From Granulosicoccaceae bacterium (GTDB lineage: Bacteria; Pseudomonadota; Gammaproteobacteria; Granulosicoccales; Granulosicoccaceae): DNA of 64,000 nucleotides. Made by a program: the position numbers and the translations under genes. Shown piece after piece: positions 28,023 through 40,314 of this stretch (position 1 is its first letter; each line of letters opens with the position of its first letter). The stretch spans positions 125,043-189,042 of the forward strand of contig JAZGEF010000003.1 of the NCBI GenBank assembly GCA_036478595.1. The letters run 5' to 3'. The notes under the pieces were generated by a model. The model worked only from the letters and a program-made list of their open reading frames with translations, was not told the DNA's origin and did not search any database.

Positions 28023-29234
28023 CTAGCTGCGATAGCCTGCATTGATACTAACGTAATCATGAGAAAGATCGCTGGTATATACACTAGCCATTTGATCACC
28101 GCGCCCTAGCTCAACATGCACCGAAATCTCTTCAGCAGCCATCTGAGCAGCACCCTGCTCTTCGGTATAAGCAGCTGCGATTCCACCACGCTCAAACGCC
28201 AATACATTACCAATCGACACCTTAATTTGTTCTGGGTCGAGCCCTTCGACATCAGCTTTGCCTACAGCCATCAACAATCGACCAACATTGGCATCACTGG
28301 CAAACATCGCGGTTTTAACCAACGGCGAGTTGGCAATCGCATAAGCAACTGTTTTACTCTCCTTTAATGTTCGGCCACCATTTACATTAACTGTTATAAA
28401 TTTGGTAGCACCTTCTGCATCGCGCACTATGGCCTGTGCGAGATCAAGGCACAGGGTATTCAATGCATCAGTAAACTGCGCCCACGCAGGATGGCTTGGC
28501 GAGAGCTCAATGTTTTGAGCAGTGGCGGACAACACACAAGCATCGTTTGTTGACGTGTCGCTATCCACGGTGATCGAATTAAATGAGGCATCAACGGCAA
28601 CACGCAAGGCAAGTTTTAAATCCTTTGTTGAGATGACAGCATCCGTGAACACATAAGCTAACATCGTCGCCATATTGGGCTGGATCATACCTGCACCCTT
28701 GCTCATGCCAGTTAGGGTAACGGTTGTGCCATCAACCTCTATCTGCTGAGAGCTAAGTTTTGGCACGGTGTCGGTGGTCATAATGGCGCGAGCCGCCGCT
28801 GGCCAGTCGTCACTCATTTGTTGCGCAGCAGTTGCAACGCCTGCGAGCATGATTTGATCATCCAACAACTCGCCGATAACACCCGTTGAAAAAGGTAAAA
28901 CAGATTCAGCCGGAATCGCCATTGCTTTGGCAACCGCATCGCAATGCAAACGAGTAGCGATAATACCTGGTTCGCCAGTGCCTGCATTAGCATTGCCAGA
29001 GTTGATCAATAAGGCGCGAGTTTGGCCATCACTATGGGCAAGGTGCTCTCGCGCTACCGTCACCGGGGCTGCACAAAACGCATTTTGCGTGAATACGGAA
29101 GCTGTACGGCTACCGGCAGGCAAACTGAGCAACAACATATCGTTACTGCCGTCAGATTTGATACCGGCACTAATACTGGACAGAGCAATCCCTGGCACAG
29201 GATGCCAAGGCGGGAGATTTAAATTGACGGGCAC
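28023..29234 (-). CDS. argJ: bifunctional ornithine acetyltransferase/N-acetylglutamate synthase ArgJ
   Basis: NSGNANAGTG, STGVIG, KGAGMIQPNMATML, DTSTND, DAEGATK; start moved to GTG 29234 (MPVNL, 403 aa). Confidence 0.95.
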   Translation of the reverse strand: MPVNLNLPPWHPVPGIALSSISAGIKSDGSNDMLLLSLPAGSRTASVFTQNAFCAAPVTVAREHLAHSDGQTRALLINSGNANAGTGEPGIIATRLHCDAVAKAMAIPAESVLPFSTGVIGELLDDQIMLAGVATAAQQMSDDWPAAARAIMTTDTVPKLSSQQIEVDGTTVTLTGMSKGAGMIQPNMATMLAYVFTDAVISTKDLKLALRVAVDASFNSITVDSDTSTNDACVLSATAQNIELSPSHPAWAQFTDALNTLCLDLAQAIVRDAEGATKFITVNVNGGRTLKESKTVAYAIANSPLVKTAMFASDANVGRLLMAVGKADVEGLDPEQIKVSIGNVLAFERGGIAAAYTEEQGAAQMAAEEISVHVELGRGDQMASVYTSDLSHDYVSINAGYRS

Positions 29235-29259
29235 GGGTGTAGTGTCAGCTTGCTTAGGT

Positions 29260-32037
29260 TCAGCTAAGTTTACCGTGACACTGCTTGAATTTCTTGCCTG
29301 AACCGCAATGACAAGGTTCATTTCGGCCCAATTTGGCTTGCTCTCTAACAAACGGCTTAACCGGTTCAGCAGATTGGCCGGCTCTAGCAACGGCAGCACC
29401 ACGAGCAGCACTTGCTGCTGCCACTGCGCGATCGCCTTCTGATTGAGGCTCTTCTGCTACATCGTCGGATAATACGTTTTGCGCCTCCTTATGCTCGTAC
29501 GAGACTTCAGGCGGTGCTTGCTGTACCTGCGCAGCTTCTACCTGCTCTGGATCGCGCACTTGTACCTTACTCAACACGCTAACCACATCGCTTTTATACT
29601 CGCCTAACATGCGAGTGAAGAGCTCAAACGCCTCGCGCTTGAATTCTTGTTTTGGATTTTTTTGAGCATAACCACGTAAGCTGACGCTCTGGCGAAGGTA
29701 ATCCATACCTGCCAAGTGTTCTTTCCAATGATCATCAAGCGCTTTGAGCATTACGTAGCGTTCAAAATCCCGCAGCCCTTGTTCGCCAGCCGCTTGCTCT
29801 TTGGTCGCATAGCTTTGTTCAAGCTCTTTAACAATGCGATTGGAAATATCGCTCTCTGGGATATTAGGATCTGCTTCGATCCACGCTTCAACGTTAAATG
29901 TTTCGTTGGTTAGCCGCTCAAGCTCTGCAGATAGCCCTGGTAAGTCCCACATTTCCTCAAGTGAGCCTTCGGGGATAAATCCTGATACCACATCAGGGAT
30001 GAGCTCCTCTCGTAGCTCTCTAATGTTCTCAGCCACGTTCTCAGCAGCCATAAGCTCATCGCGCTGTTCATATACAACCTTACGTTGATCGTTAGCAACA
30101 TCATCGTATTCGAGTAAGTTTTTACGCACATCGAAGTTGTGACCTTCCACTTTGCGCTGTGCGTTTTCGATCGCTTTTGTCACCCAGGGGTGTTCGATGG
30201 CTTCGCCTTCTTCCATGCCCAACTTTTGCATGAGCGAGCTAACACGCTCCGATGCAAAAATACGCATCAGGCTGTCTTCAAGCGACAGATAAAATCGGCT
30301 TGAACCTGCATCACCTTGACGACCAGAACGACCGCGTAGCTGATTATCGACGCGTCGCGATTCGTGTCGCTCGGTAGCAATAATATGCAAACCACCAGCT
30401 TCTAATACTTGATCGTGACGTATCTGCCAATCATTTTTTATGTTTTGTTTAACGCTCTCGCTTGCCTCAGCGTTGGCTTCAAGCTCAGCCTCAAGGCTAC
30501 CACCCAAAACGATATCGGTACCACGGCCCGCCATATTCGTGGCAATAGTAACTTGGCCAGGCATGCCCGCATTTTCAATGATGTTAGCTTCGCGTTCGTG
30601 CTGTTTAGCGTTGAGCACTTCGTGTTTGATTTGTTTCTGCTTTAACAAACCAGATAAGTATTCTGAAGTCTCGATTGATGTAGTACCCACCAAAACGGGT
30701 TGTAGCCGCTGAGCGCAATCTATGATGTCTTCAATGATTGCATCAAATTTTTCACGTTGCGTTAAATACACAAGATCGGAGCGATCATCTCGAATCATTG
30801 AACGGTGTGTTGGGATAACGACTGTTTCGAGTCCGTAGATGGACTGAAATTCAAATGCTTCAGTATCGGCTGTGCCTGTCATGCCGGCAAGCTTGTTGTA
30901 CATACGGAAAAAATTTTGGAAAGTAATAGATGCAAGCGTTTGGTTTTCTCGCTGAATCTCTACGCCTTCTTTGGCTTCAACTGCTTGGTGCAAACCTTCC
31001 GACCAACGCCTGCCCGGCATGGTGCGGCCAGTGAACTCATCAACGATAATAATTTCTTTATCGGGGCTCACGATGTAATCAATATCTTTGTTATAGAGCG
31101 AGTGTGCACGCATTGCTGCGTTCAAGTGATGCAACAAAGCAATACGAGACGGATCGTACAAGCTCTCGCCATCTTCTAACAAATCGTTAGCAATAAGAAT
31201 TTGCTCAATGGTTTCATGGCCAGCTTCGCTCAGGTGTACAGCTTTTGATTTTTCATCTACGCTGAAATCCCCTGGACCTTCTTCTTCGTCCTGACGCACC
31301 AACTGTGGCACCAGAGCATTGATTTTTGTGTAAAGCGCGCTGTCACCATCTGCAGGGCCGGAGATAATCAGTGGCGTTCTGGCTTCATCGATAAGGATTG
31401 AATCGACCTCATCGATGATCGCAAAATTTAAACCGCGCTGTACTTTCTCTGCAGCAGCAAGCGCCATATTGTCACGTAAGTAGTCGAAACCATATTCGTT
31501 GTTTGTACCGTAGGTAATATCAGCAGCATAGGCATCCCGTCGTTCTTGACTAGATAAATTGCTGACAATAATGCCGACGGACAAACCCAGAAAATTATAC
31601 AACTTTGCCATCCAAGTAGCATCACGCGCTGCCAGGTAATCATTAACGGTAACCACGTGCACGCCCTTCTCAGATAGCGCATTAAGGTAAACTGCAGCGG
31701 TGGCCACCAGTGTCTTACCTTCACCGGTACGCATCTCAGCAATCTTGCCGCTGTGAAGCACCATGCCGCCCACCAGCTGCACATCGAAGTGACGCATGCC
31801 CAATGAGCGAACACCTGCTTCACGGACCACAGCAAACGCTTCAACTATTAATGAGTCGAGACTGGCACCATCACGTACTTGTTGTTTGAATTCTTCGGTT
31901 TTAGCTGCTAGTTGTTCATCTGACAGAGCTTGCAATTGAGACTCAAGCGATGCAAACCCTGCGATCTCTTTGCTCAGCTTTTTGATGATTCGGTCGTTAC
32001 TAGTGCCGACAAACTTCTTGACCAGATTTGCTAACAT
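29260..32037 (-). CDS. secA: preprotein translocase ATPase SecA
   Basis: [54 protein letters not shown]. Confidence 0.98.
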   Translation of the reverse strand: MLANLVKKFVGTSNDRIIKKLSKEIAGFASLESQLQALSDEQLAAKTEEFKQQVRDGASLDSLIVEAFAVVREAGVRSLGMRHFDVQLVGGMVLHSGKIAEMRTGEGKTLVATAAVYLNALSEKGVHVVTVNDYLAARDATWMAKLYNFLGLSVGIIVSNLSSQERRDAYAADITYGTNNEYGFDYLRDNMALAAAEKVQRGLNFAIIDEVDSILIDEARTPLIISGPADGDSALYTKINALVPQLVRQDEEEGPGDFSVDEKSKAVHLSEAGHETIEQILIANDLLEDGESLYDPSRIALLHHLNAAMRAHSLYNKDIDYIVSPDKEIIIVDEFTGRTMPGRRWSEGLHQAVEAKEGVEIQRENQTLASITFQNFFRMYNKLAGMTGTADTEAFEFQSIYGLETVVIPTHRSMIRDDRSDLVYLTQREKFDAIIEDIIDCAQRLQPVLVGTTSIETSEYLSGLLKQKQIKHEVLNAKQHEREANIIENAGMPGQVTIATNMAGRGTDIVLGGSLEAELEANAEASESVKQNIKNDWQIRHDQVLEAGGLHIIATERHESRRVDNQLRGRSGRQGDAGSSRFYLSLEDSLMRIFASERVSSLMQKLGMEEGEAIEHPWVTKAIENAQRKVEGHNFDVRKNLLEYDDVANDQRKVVYEQRDELMAAENVAENIRELREELIPDVVSGFIPEGSLEEMWDLPGLSAELERLTNETFNVEAWIEADPNIPESDISNRIVKELEQSYATKEQAAGEQGLRDFERYVMLKALDDHWKEHLAGMDYLRQSVSLRGYAQKNPKQEFKREAFELFTRMLGEYKSDVVSVLSKVQVRDPEQVEAAQVQQAPPEVSYEHKEAQNVLSDDVAEEPQSEGDRAVAAASAARGAAVARAGQSAEPVKPFVREQAKLGRNEPCHCGSGKKFKQCHGKLS

Positions 32038-32183
32038 GAAATTTATTATCCTTCAGGCTCTTCAGAGCCCAAAACAAAGACCACTATGTTTGTTAGTGAT
32101 CTACTTAATACGCTTGTGAAAACAGTCGATGGCCGCATTGCTGCGCACCCACCATTATGACACCGCACAGCTAATAATAGCTG

Positions 32184-33014
32184 TTAACGGATGAATATCC
32201 CCGGATCAACGGCTCTACCCTGATAACGAACTTCCAAGTGCACATGAGCGCCCGTAGATTTACCTGTTGAACCCAACGTTGCGATCATCTGATTTTTACT
32301 GACGCGTTTGCCAACATCCACCAAATTTGCCTTGTTATGTGCATATCGAGTGCGATAACCAGCACCATGATCGATTTCCACCAAATTACCGTAATCGCCG
32401 TTCCACCCTGAATAACTCACGACCCCATCGGCCAAAGAATAGATCGGTGTGCCAGCCTCCGCTCTGTAATCAACCCCCCGGTGCAAAGTTTGTTTTCCAC
32501 TAACTGGATCGAGACGATAGCCATAGCCCGAGCTGCGGGTACCACCGACTAGTGGTGTACCTGATATTCGATGATCGTGCGCTATGCGGCGTTCAATGAA
32601 TATTTTTTCCAGCACCAGGGCTTCGTTATTCATATGATCAATTTGTTCAATTAAAAGGCTAGCCTCGTCCGCAGGCTCGACAGGCTCTTCAACAAAGAGC
32701 AATGGATCAGCATCGAGTTCAAATTCACCATCATGTAAATCGGCGACTTCTGCAAGCCGCGAAAACTGCACCTGTAATGCGATAACTTCAGCCTTAATAC
32801 GCCCCAGCTGGGCGTTTCGGCGCTCAGTGAAATCAATTTCTGGCGCCTGATAGCTGGCCGCAACGATCACCGCAGGTATGATATCTGGCTTATCCTGACC
32901 TACCCGGTAACCAGTTATACCGGCACCCACGACAGCCATACAAGTGCACAACGTTAAACCATATTTAGCGGTATAGTTAACTAAGGTTCTAACTCGTCTT
33001 TTTGACCGAAGCAT
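32184..33014 (-). CDS. M23 family peptidoglycan peptidase
   Basis: HRGVD, YGNLVEIDHG, YAH, TGKSTGAHVHLEVR; start uncertain (33014 or 33026). Confidence 0.88.
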   Translation of the reverse strand: MLRSKRRVRTLVNYTAKYGLTLCTCMAVVGAGITGYRVGQDKPDIIPAVIVAASYQAPEIDFTERRNAQLGRIKAEVIALQVQFSRLAEVADLHDGEFELDADPLLFVEEPVEPADEASLLIEQIDHMNNEALVLEKIFIERRIAHDHRISGTPLVGGTRSSGYGYRLDPVSGKQTLHRGVDYRAEAGTPIYSLADGVVSYSGWNGDYGNLVEIDHGAGYRTRYAHNKANLVDVGKRVSKNQMIATLGSTGKSTGAHVHLEVRYQGRAVDPGIFIR

Positions 33015-33016
33015 TG

Positions 33017-33460
33017 ATGAAGCCATTTTTTTCTAAATCGACTGAAATATCGATACCGGGTGCGACAAAAACGCTGCAAGAACACCGGCGGGTATACACA
33101 GTGATATCACGGACTGTGCCACCAGCCCTACTCTCGGACATACAATTTTGTCGAATTGAAAACGATGTATTGCGGGTGACAGTGAGCAATGCGGCTGTTT
33201 TAGCTCGGCTGCGTTTCAGCGCAAGCCAAATTATTGACGATCTGGCCCGCCAGAACATACAAGTGAATCAGGTTAATTGGCACGTCAACCGCGAGAAAGT
33301 TAAATCGACACCGCGCAAAAAAGTAGCAGCTGCAGTGAAGGGTCAGGACGAAAAATCGGCAAAAATAGTGGAGTCGACGGCAAAGGATATGCCAGACGAT
33401 GAACTCAAGCGGGCACTTATGAAGATGGCAAAAAATTTAGGTGAAGCCGCCTCTGACTAG
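33017..33460 (+). CDS. DciA/DUF721-family protein
   Basis: conserved position between lpxC and M23-secA; LRVTVSNAAVLARLRF and C-terminal DELKRAL..MA; start uncertain. Confidence 0.6.
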   Translation: MKPFFSKSTEISIPGATKTLQEHRRVYTVISRTVPPALLSDIQFCRIENDVLRVTVSNAAVLARLRFSASQIIDDLARQNIQVNQVNWHVNREKVKSTPRKKVAAAVKGQDEKSAKIVESTAKDMPDDELKRALMKMAKNLGEAASD

Positions 33461-33529
33461 AGACGACTCGCCGATGTCTAATACATTCCGGAACGCCGGA
33501 CGCCGCTTTCGCGTAAATGACGTATCCGT

Positions 33530-34444
33530 TTAACCCACTGCTTCTTGGGGCTGTACGTAGGAGATTGGCGCTGTTTCGACATCTTCAAATACAACTTCTT
33601 CCCAAGCTGACTGTTGCTGTAGTAATTCTCGCAACAGGCGGTTATTGAGCGCATGGCCAGACTTATAACCGGTAAACGAGCCAATCAGGCTGTGGCCTAA
33701 CAGATAGAGATCGCCGATAGCGTCGAGGATCTTGTGACGTACGAATTCGTCCTTGTAACGTAGACCGTCCTCATTAAGCACACGGTAGTCATCGATGACA
33801 ATCGCGTTTTCCAAGCTACCGCCTAACGCTAAATCGCGCTTTCGCAGGGCTTCAATGTCGCTAACAAAGCCAAACGTACGGGCACGACTGATTTCGCGCA
33901 CAAATGATGTGGTTGAGAAATCAACTTCAGAAGTTTGCTTCTGGCCTTTGAAGACCGGGTGATCGAAATCGATCGCGAATGACACTTTAAAGCCATTAAA
34001 TGGGTCAAATCGAGCCCATTTTTCGCCATCACGTACTTCGATGGCTTTCTTGATGCGGATGAATTTCTTGGGCGCACCTTGCTCAAGAATGCCCGCAGAC
34101 TGCACCAAAAACACAAACGGTGCAGCACTGCCATCCATAATAGGTACTTCATCGGCGCTTACGTCGACGTAGCAATTGTCGATACCCAAGCCAGCTAGTG
34201 CGGCCATCAGATGCTCGACGGTTGATATGCGGACCCCGTCCTTGCCCAGTGACGTAGCAAGCTCAGTGTCCTGCACATTCAACGGGTGACCGGGTATGAC
34301 AACGGGTGGAGTGCTGTCGACTCTTCGGAACACGACACCGGCATCAATAGGCGCAGGGCTAAGCGTCAAGAATATTTTCTTGCCGGTGTGTAACCCAATT
34401 CCCGTAGCACGGATCGTGTTTTTTAGAGTTCTTTGTCTTATCAC
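33530..34444 (-). CDS. lpxC: UDP-3-O-acyl-N-acetylglucosamine deacetylase LpxC
   Basis: [30 protein letters not shown]; start set at GTG 34444 (alternative ATG 34489). Confidence 0.96.
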   Translation of the reverse strand: MIRQRTLKNTIRATGIGLHTGKKIFLTLSPAPIDAGVVFRRVDSTPPVVIPGHPLNVQDTELATSLGKDGVRISTVEHLMAALAGLGIDNCYVDVSADEVPIMDGSAAPFVFLVQSAGILEQGAPKKFIRIKKAIEVRDGEKWARFDPFNGFKVSFAIDFDHPVFKGQKQTSEVDFSTTSFVREISRARTFGFVSDIEALRKRDLALGGSLENAIVIDDYRVLNEDGLRYKDEFVRHKILDAIGDLYLLGHSLIGSFTGYKSGHALNNRLLRELLQQQSAWEEVVFEDVETAPISYVQPQEAVG

Positions 34445-34548
34445 TGATTTTAATCCTGACTGCGAGTTATCGGCCGAACGTGCCATCATATATAGCAGCT
34501 CATTTGGGTAATCGCAGGCTTACCGCTCAAATTCCGACTTTTGGTTGC

Positions 34549-34571
34549 TCGGGCATCGTAGTGATGCCCGA
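34549..34571. terminator. hairpin downstream of ftsZ
   Basis: 9-bp stem TCGGGCATC/GATGCCCGA; no clear U-tail. Confidence 0.4.
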
Positions 34572-34655
34572 ACAGCCCGACGGCATAGTAGCGGATCAGA
34601 GCGGACCAGAGGGGTGCTCTCCACCTACCTTAAGCACTGGTAATCTCTTTTTCGT

Positions 34656-35846
34656 CTAATCTGCCTGACGACGCAAAAAAGCAGGGATATCCAGGTACTC
34701 AACATCGTGCCCACTCGATGCCGGAGCTGATGTTTGAGAAGCGCCACGAGCAGTCTTGCGAATCACGGTTGGTTTTTCTTTGTCGTAGTTCGCATAAGGA
34801 GAGGCACTGGCAGTAGATATACCGGCGGCCCCGCCCGCAACTCGCTTGCTGACCGATTGTTGAACAGATCGTAATTGACCTTGCTGCTGTTGCTGGCCAA
34901 GACCCGTTGCAACCACTGTGACACGCAGCTCACCTTCCAGCGACTCATCAATAGCCGTACCCACAACAACCGTGGCGTCTTCAGCTGCAAATTGGCGAAC
35001 AACATTGCCCACTTCTTCAAATTCACCGATAGCCATATCCAAACCTGCCGTGATATTAACCAATATGCCACGCGCACCGGCTAGATCGATGTCTTCTAGA
35101 AGCGGGCTAGAAATTGCCATTTCGGCAGCTTCAGTTGCACGCTCATCGCCACGACCAATACCAGAACCCATCATCGCCAAGCCCATTTCGGACATAACAG
35201 TACGTACGTCCGCGAAATCCACGTTGATCAAGCCAGGGTTTGTGATCAGCTCCGCAATGCCCTGAACCGCGCCGCGCAATACATCATTTGCGGCTCGGAA
35301 AGCATCCAGTAGGCTGATATTTTTACCCAATACTGACAACAGTTTTTCGTTAGGGATGGTAATGAGAGAGTCAACGTGAGTACGTAGCTCTTCAATGCCC
35401 TGATGTGCAATCTGCATACGCTTAGCACCTTCAAAAGGAAATGGCTTTGTGACAACTGCTACCGTAAGCACGCCCATTTCGCGAGCGATTTGCGCAACAA
35501 CCGGAATCGCACCAGTACCCGTACCACCACCCATACCAGCAGTGATGAATAGCATGTCAGTACCTTCTATCAGATCTTGGATACGATCTCGATCTTCCAT
35601 TGCAGCCTGACGACCGATTTCTGGATTGGCACCTGCGCCCAAACCTTTAGTGATGCTTTGACCAATGTGTAGCACAGTTTGTGCTCCCATTGATTTAAGC
35701 GCTTGTGCATCTGTGTTGGCGCAAATGAAATCAACACCGTCGATTCCTGATGCAACCATATGCTGGACAGCATTACTGCCACCGCCACCAACACCGATTA
35801 GTTTAATTACTGGTGCGTCGTTAATTGAATCTACTAGTTCAAACAT
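34656..35846 (-). CDS. ftsZ: cell division protein FtsZ
   Basis: [20 protein letters not shown]-terminal [12 protein letters not shown]; start MFEL at 35846. Confidence 0.98.
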   Translation of the reverse strand: MFELVDSINDAPVIKLIGVGGGGSNAVQHMVASGIDGVDFICANTDAQALKSMGAQTVLHIGQSITKGLGAGANPEIGRQAAMEDRDRIQDLIEGTDMLFITAGMGGGTGTGAIPVVAQIAREMGVLTVAVVTKPFPFEGAKRMQIAHQGIEELRTHVDSLITIPNEKLLSVLGKNISLLDAFRAANDVLRGAVQGIAELITNPGLINVDFADVRTVMSEMGLAMMGSGIGRGDERATEAAEMAISSPLLEDIDLAGARGILVNITAGLDMAIGEFEEVGNVVRQFAAEDATVVVGTAIDESLEGELRVTVVATGLGQQQQQGQLRSVQQSVSKRVAGGAAGISTASASPYANYDKEKPTVIRKTARGASQTSAPASSGHDVEYLDIPAFLRRQAD

Positions 35847-35923
35847 AGTCTCGTTCCCGTTAGTCACTGTTTATAAAACTCTCTAATCAAACTACTTAGG
35901 CAACATGCCTGGTAGCCCCCAAA

Positions 35924-37159
35924 TTAAAAGTTACGTTGAAACCATTCAGCCATTCTTTTAATCACGCCTTTCTCTGAGCGAGTATCAATTGAATGACCCC
36001 GTGGATTTTGCCGGCTTTGAATGCCAAATAGCAGCAAGCCAACTCCAGTTGCATGTATTGGGTTTCGCACAACCTCTGCTAAACCGTTTACATGTTGCGG
36101 CACTCCTAACCTCACCGGCATATGGAAAATTTCCTCTGCCAATTCCACTACTCCTTCCATCTTTGATGTACCACCGGTCAGTACAATACCGGCGGCGCAT
36201 GCCTCTTCAAAACCGCTGCGGCGTAGTTCGCCATGCACCAGCCCTAATAATTCTTCGTAACGTGGCTCTACTACTTCAGCCAGTGTTTGTCGCTCGAGGC
36301 GACGTGCTTGTCTGTCTCCAACACCAGGCACTTCGATCATTTCATCAGGGCTGGCTAACTGGCGCAGTGCGCAGGCATACTTAACTTTGATCTCTTCAGC
36401 AAATTGCGTTGGTGTTCGAAAAGCCACCGCTATGTCGTTAGTGACTTGATCACCCGCTATTGCGATCACCGCTGTATGTCGAATCGCGCCATCGTTAAAG
36501 ATTGCGACATCTGTTGTACCACCACCCATATCAACCAGCACAACGCCTAAATCTTTTTCATCTGGCGTTAGTACCGAATGACTTGATGCAAGTTGCTCAA
36601 GAATGATGTCTTCAACTTCCAGACCGCAACGTCGTATGCATTTCGCAATATTTTGCGCCGCACTGATTGAGCCTGTTACCAAATGCACCTTTGCTTCTAA
36701 GCGCACCCCTGACATGCCGATAGGCTGACGAATACCATCTTGGTTATCAATGATGAACTCCTGCGGCAACACATGCAGGATGCGTTGATCTGCCGGTATT
36801 GCTACCGCTTTCGCCGCATCAATGACACGTTCAACATCATCAGATTCAACTTCACTTTGCCTAATCGCCACAATGCCATGCGAGTTAAGACTCTTAATAT
36901 GACTGCCGGCAATGCCGGCAAACACGGATTTAATCTGCACGCCTGCCATCTGTTCGGCTTCCTTGACAGCGTGCTGTATCGCATCGACTGTCTGATCGAT
37001 GTTAATCACAACACCCTTCTTCAGGCCCACTGAAGGATGCGAACCTATGCCGATCAAGTTGACATTACCGTCGTTGTCAACTTCGGCTACGATCGCAACG
37101 ATCTTGGATGTCCCGATGTCGAGACCTACAACCATCTGATTTTCAGTTTTTGTAGCCAT
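35924..37159 (-). CDS. ftsA: cell division protein FtsA
   Basis: GLDIGTSK, DMGGGTTD, VLTGGTS, C-terminal amphipathic WFQRNF. Confidence 0.97.
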   Translation of the reverse strand: MATKTENQMVVGLDIGTSKIVAIVAEVDNDGNVNLIGIGSHPSVGLKKGVVINIDQTVDAIQHAVKEAEQMAGVQIKSVFAGIAGSHIKSLNSHGIVAIRQSEVESDDVERVIDAAKAVAIPADQRILHVLPQEFIIDNQDGIRQPIGMSGVRLEAKVHLVTGSISAAQNIAKCIRRCGLEVEDIILEQLASSHSVLTPDEKDLGVVLVDMGGGTTDVAIFNDGAIRHTAVIAIAGDQVTNDIAVAFRTPTQFAEEIKVKYACALRQLASPDEMIEVPGVGDRQARRLERQTLAEVVEPRYEELLGLVHGELRRSGFEEACAAGIVLTGGTSKMEGVVELAEEIFHMPVRLGVPQHVNGLAEVVRNPIHATGVGLLLFGIQSRQNPRGHSIDTRSEKGVIKRMAEWFQRNF

Positions 37160-37938
37160 TAGCTGCCGCCTCTTAACGCAAACCCGTTGCTATAACGCAT
37201 ATCAAAACTAGCGGCTCGGCCTTCAAGTGGCGTAACCAACCTTTCATATACATCAATGAATCGTTGCAAACGTACTTCGCGATGCTCGTATCCCAAATGT
37301 ACGATGACGTCATTGGATAGGTGCATTGATTGCGACAATCGCTCGTCTTCTTCCAGTGCATCAAGCTGCACCCCAAACTGGGACAACATTTGCTGGTAAT
37401 ACCTAAATGCATCAAGCACTGCTTCATGCCGTCCAGTAGCCCCCGTTAGCTGCGGCAAGCCAACAAAATGTGATTGCCATTGCGCAGCTTTTGCGTTGTT
37501 CAGATCCAGTTGTGGTGGATAAAAGAGCTCTAAGCCTTTGCTTAGTAAAGCGTCTTTGTTCCAACGTGCCGTAGGCTCATGCTCCTCCACATCCACCGAC
37601 AACCTCGCCGGCCATACACGACGAACATGCACCGCCGACACCCAAGGTGTAGCCTCCAGCGTGTGCCTTATACCATCAATGTCTAAGGCGTAAAAACCTT
37701 CTCGCGTGCGCACTTCGATTAATTGCTGCAAGGAGTCTCGATCAGCGTAATCCAGTGTACCTAATACATCCACGTTGCTAACTGGAAATCGCGCCGCGTC
37801 TTTAGCCACATTACTTGCCGCCATTGATGCAACCACCAGTAAGGCTAATCCCGCTAAACCCACGGCCCAACGCACACGGCTGCCTACGCCCCTGTTGGCA
37901 ATGGGCGAAACAATCGTATTCATCAACACTGCGCTCAT
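37159..37938 (-). CDS. ftsQ: cell division protein FtsQ
   Basis: single TM, POTRA (PWV..V.VRRVWP), C-terminal DMRYSNGFA. Confidence 0.92.
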   Translation of the reverse strand: MSAVLMNTIVSPIANRGVGSRVRWAVGLAGLALLVVASMAASNVAKDAARFPVSNVDVLGTLDYADRDSLQQLIEVRTREGFYALDIDGIRHTLEATPWVSAVHVRRVWPARLSVDVEEHEPTARWNKDALLSKGLELFYPPQLDLNNAKAAQWQSHFVGLPQLTGATGRHEAVLDAFRYYQQMLSQFGVQLDALEEDERLSQSMHLSNDVIVHLGYEHREVRLQRFIDVYERLVTPLEGRAASFDMRYSNGFALRGGS

Positions 37939-38882
37939 GCCGCCAGCTCCTGTTGATTAAGCGTTTGCGCCAGGATATTCAAACATAGCGTTACGAAATC
38001 CATATTGGCAGCGGCTGCGGCCATGGGCACTAAACTATGGCTAGTCATGCCCGGCGCTGTGTTGCATTCAATAAAATGAGGGCGCTGCTGATCATCAAGC
38101 ATGAAATCTACCCGACCCCAACCCTTGCAAGCCAAAGCCTCAAACGCAGCCAGCGCATACTGCTCAATTTCTTTGCTCAACTCCTCGGGCATTACCACCG
38201 GGCACTCATAATGCGTATCCTGTGCAAGATACTTAGCATCGTAATCATAAAAACCGCCCTGAGCTTTCATGCTAACCAACGGCAAGCATTGCCCATTAAT
38301 AATTGCCGCCGTAACTTCGCGGCCAAGCATTCGTTTTTCAATCATCAATGGCCCGTGCTGCGCCGCCACATTGAAAGCATCTGCAATCTCTGCGGCAGAA
38401 TCCACCATTGACACCCCAATGCTAGAACCTTCTAGAGTTGGCTTTACCACCACTGGGAAACCAATATTGCGTGCAGCAACACTGGCCTCTTCAATAGTGG
38501 ATGCCATGAACGCGTCCGGCGTTGGGATGCCTTGCGCCGTACACACAATTTTGCTGCGCATCTTGTCCATCGCCAGTGCTGAACCGAGCACACCGCTGCC
38601 GGTGTAAGGCATGCCGATTAAATCCAATGCACCTTGAACGCAGCCGTCTTCACCGCCTCTACCATGCAACATCAAAAATGATCGCTTGTATCCGCCGGCC
38701 GCCAACACGCTGGCGATGTTTTGATCCGCATCTACTGCAGTAGCATCAATACCTGCATCACGTAATGCATCGCATACTTGCTTACCGCTCATCAGCGACA
38801 CTTCGCGCTCTGCCGACCAGCCACCCATGACGACTGCCACCTTGCCTAGCTGCGCGGCTGTTGGAGTCATAAAATCAACCAT
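37935..38882 (-). CDS. ddl: D-alanine--D-alanine ligase
   Basis: [41 protein letters not shown]; start moved to ATG 38882 (RBS GAGG). Confidence 0.96.
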   Translation of the reverse strand: MVDFMTPTAAQLGKVAVVMGGWSAEREVSLMSGKQVCDALRDAGIDATAVDADQNIASVLAAGGYKRSFLMLHGRGGEDGCVQGALDLIGMPYTGSGVLGSALAMDKMRSKIVCTAQGIPTPDAFMASTIEEASVAARNIGFPVVVKPTLEGSSIGVSMVDSAAEIADAFNVAAQHGPLMIEKRMLGREVTAAIINGQCLPLVSMKAQGGFYDYDAKYLAQDTHYECPVVMPEELSKEIEQYALAAFEALACKGWGRVDFMLDDQQRPHFIECNTAPGMTSHSLVPMAAAAANMDFVTLCLNILAQTLNQQELAA

Positions 38883-40314
38883 TTGATACCTCACCACCAA
38901 AGTGTTGCGGTAGTGTTTTAGCCAAGCCGCCAACGTTGCCAGCACCTAGCGTTAGTACCACATCACCGTCTTGCAAAATTGATTCAAGCGCTTCAGGCAC
39001 GGTGGCAATATCTTCAACAAAAATTGGATCAACGTGCCCTCGAATACGTATCGCTCGCGCTAGTGATCGGCCATCAGCACCGGTTATTCGTTCTTCACCG
39101 GCGCTATAGACTTCGGTCAATACCAACACATCTGGAGTCGATAGTGATTCGGCAAAATCTTCAAACAAATCACGAGTACGGGTATAGCGATGCGGCTGGA
39201 ACACAACCACCAATCGTTTTTCGGGCCATGCTGAGCTTATCGCTTTAAGCGTTGCGGTGACCTCTGTTGGGTGATGCCCATAATCATCAAATAGCGTGGC
39301 AACACCTTGGGCTAACTGAAGTTCGCCTTGCGCCTGCGCTCGTCTGCCAATCCCGGCAAATTTAAGCAAGGCAGATTTTATCGTCTCTGCCGATACACCT
39401 AATTCAATAGCGACTGCGATGCCCGCTAATGCATTTAACACGTTGTGCTCGCCCGGCATGTTTAGCACGACATCGTTTATCTTCATACCATCAGCACAAG
39501 CCACTGAAAAATGCATCTGCAAACCGTTTTGCGTTATTTCAACAGCACGCACATCGGCATCATCTGAAAAACCATAACTACGCACCGGGCGTGCAACCCT
39601 AGGTAGCACTTCTCGAATGTTTTCATCATCAATGCAGACAATCGCAAGGCCATAAAATGGCAAATGCATTAAGAAATCAACAAAGGTTTGCTTTAAACGT
39701 TCAAAGTCACCGTCGTAGGTGGACAGATGATCAGCATCAATGTTGGTCACAACCGCCATAACCGGGTTTAGATATAAAAATGACGCATCACTTTCGTCAG
39801 CTTCAGCAACCAACCATTCAGACTGGCCTAAATAGGCGTTACGAGACGAACTATTAAGCTGGCCACCGATAACATAAGTAGGGTCGAAATCACCTTCGGT
39901 CAATATGCTTGCAACGAGGCTAGTGGTTGTGGTTTTACCGTGCGTACCTGCAACAGCGATACCTTGCTGAAAGCGCATTAGTTCTGCCAGCATCTCAGCG
40001 CGACGCACGATGGGTATGTGGAGTTCACGTGCACGTACTAATTCAGGGTTAGTTTCGGGCACTGCCGTTGATACCACTACTACATCAGCTGCTTCAACAT
40101 GTTCAGCAGCATGGCCTTTCATCACGCTCACACCCAAGCCTGCAAGCCGCTCTGTTAAGGCGTTACTACCAAGATCAGAGCCACTAACCTTAAAACCAAG
40201 ATGGTGCATCACTTCTGCAATACCACCCATACCGACACCGCCAATGCCGATGAAGTGCATGCCTTGGATGCGGCGCATCTGGCTTTTAACTGCCGGCGAG
40301 ATAGACACTACCAT
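38875..40314 (-). CDS. murC: UDP-N-acetylmuramate--L-alanine ligase
   Basis: [41 protein letters not shown]. Confidence 0.97.
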   Translation of the reverse strand: MVVSISPAVKSQMRRIQGMHFIGIGGVGMGGIAEVMHHLGFKVSGSDLGSNALTERLAGLGVSVMKGHAAEHVEAADVVVVSTAVPETNPELVRARELHIPIVRRAEMLAELMRFQQGIAVAGTHGKTTTTSLVASILTEGDFDPTYVIGGQLNSSSRNAYLGQSEWLVAEADESDASFLYLNPVMAVVTNIDADHLSTYDGDFERLKQTFVDFLMHLPFYGLAIVCIDDENIREVLPRVARPVRSYGFSDDADVRAVEITQNGLQMHFSVACADGMKINDVVLNMPGEHNVLNALAGIAVAIELGVSAETIKSALLKFAGIGRRAQAQGELQLAQGVATLFDDYGHHPTEVTATLKAISSAWPEKRLVVVFQPHRYTRTRDLFEDFAESLSTPDVLVLTEVYSAGEERITGADGRSLARAIRIRGHVDPIFVEDIATVPEALESILQDGDVVLTLGAGNVGGLAKTLPQHFGGEVSNG

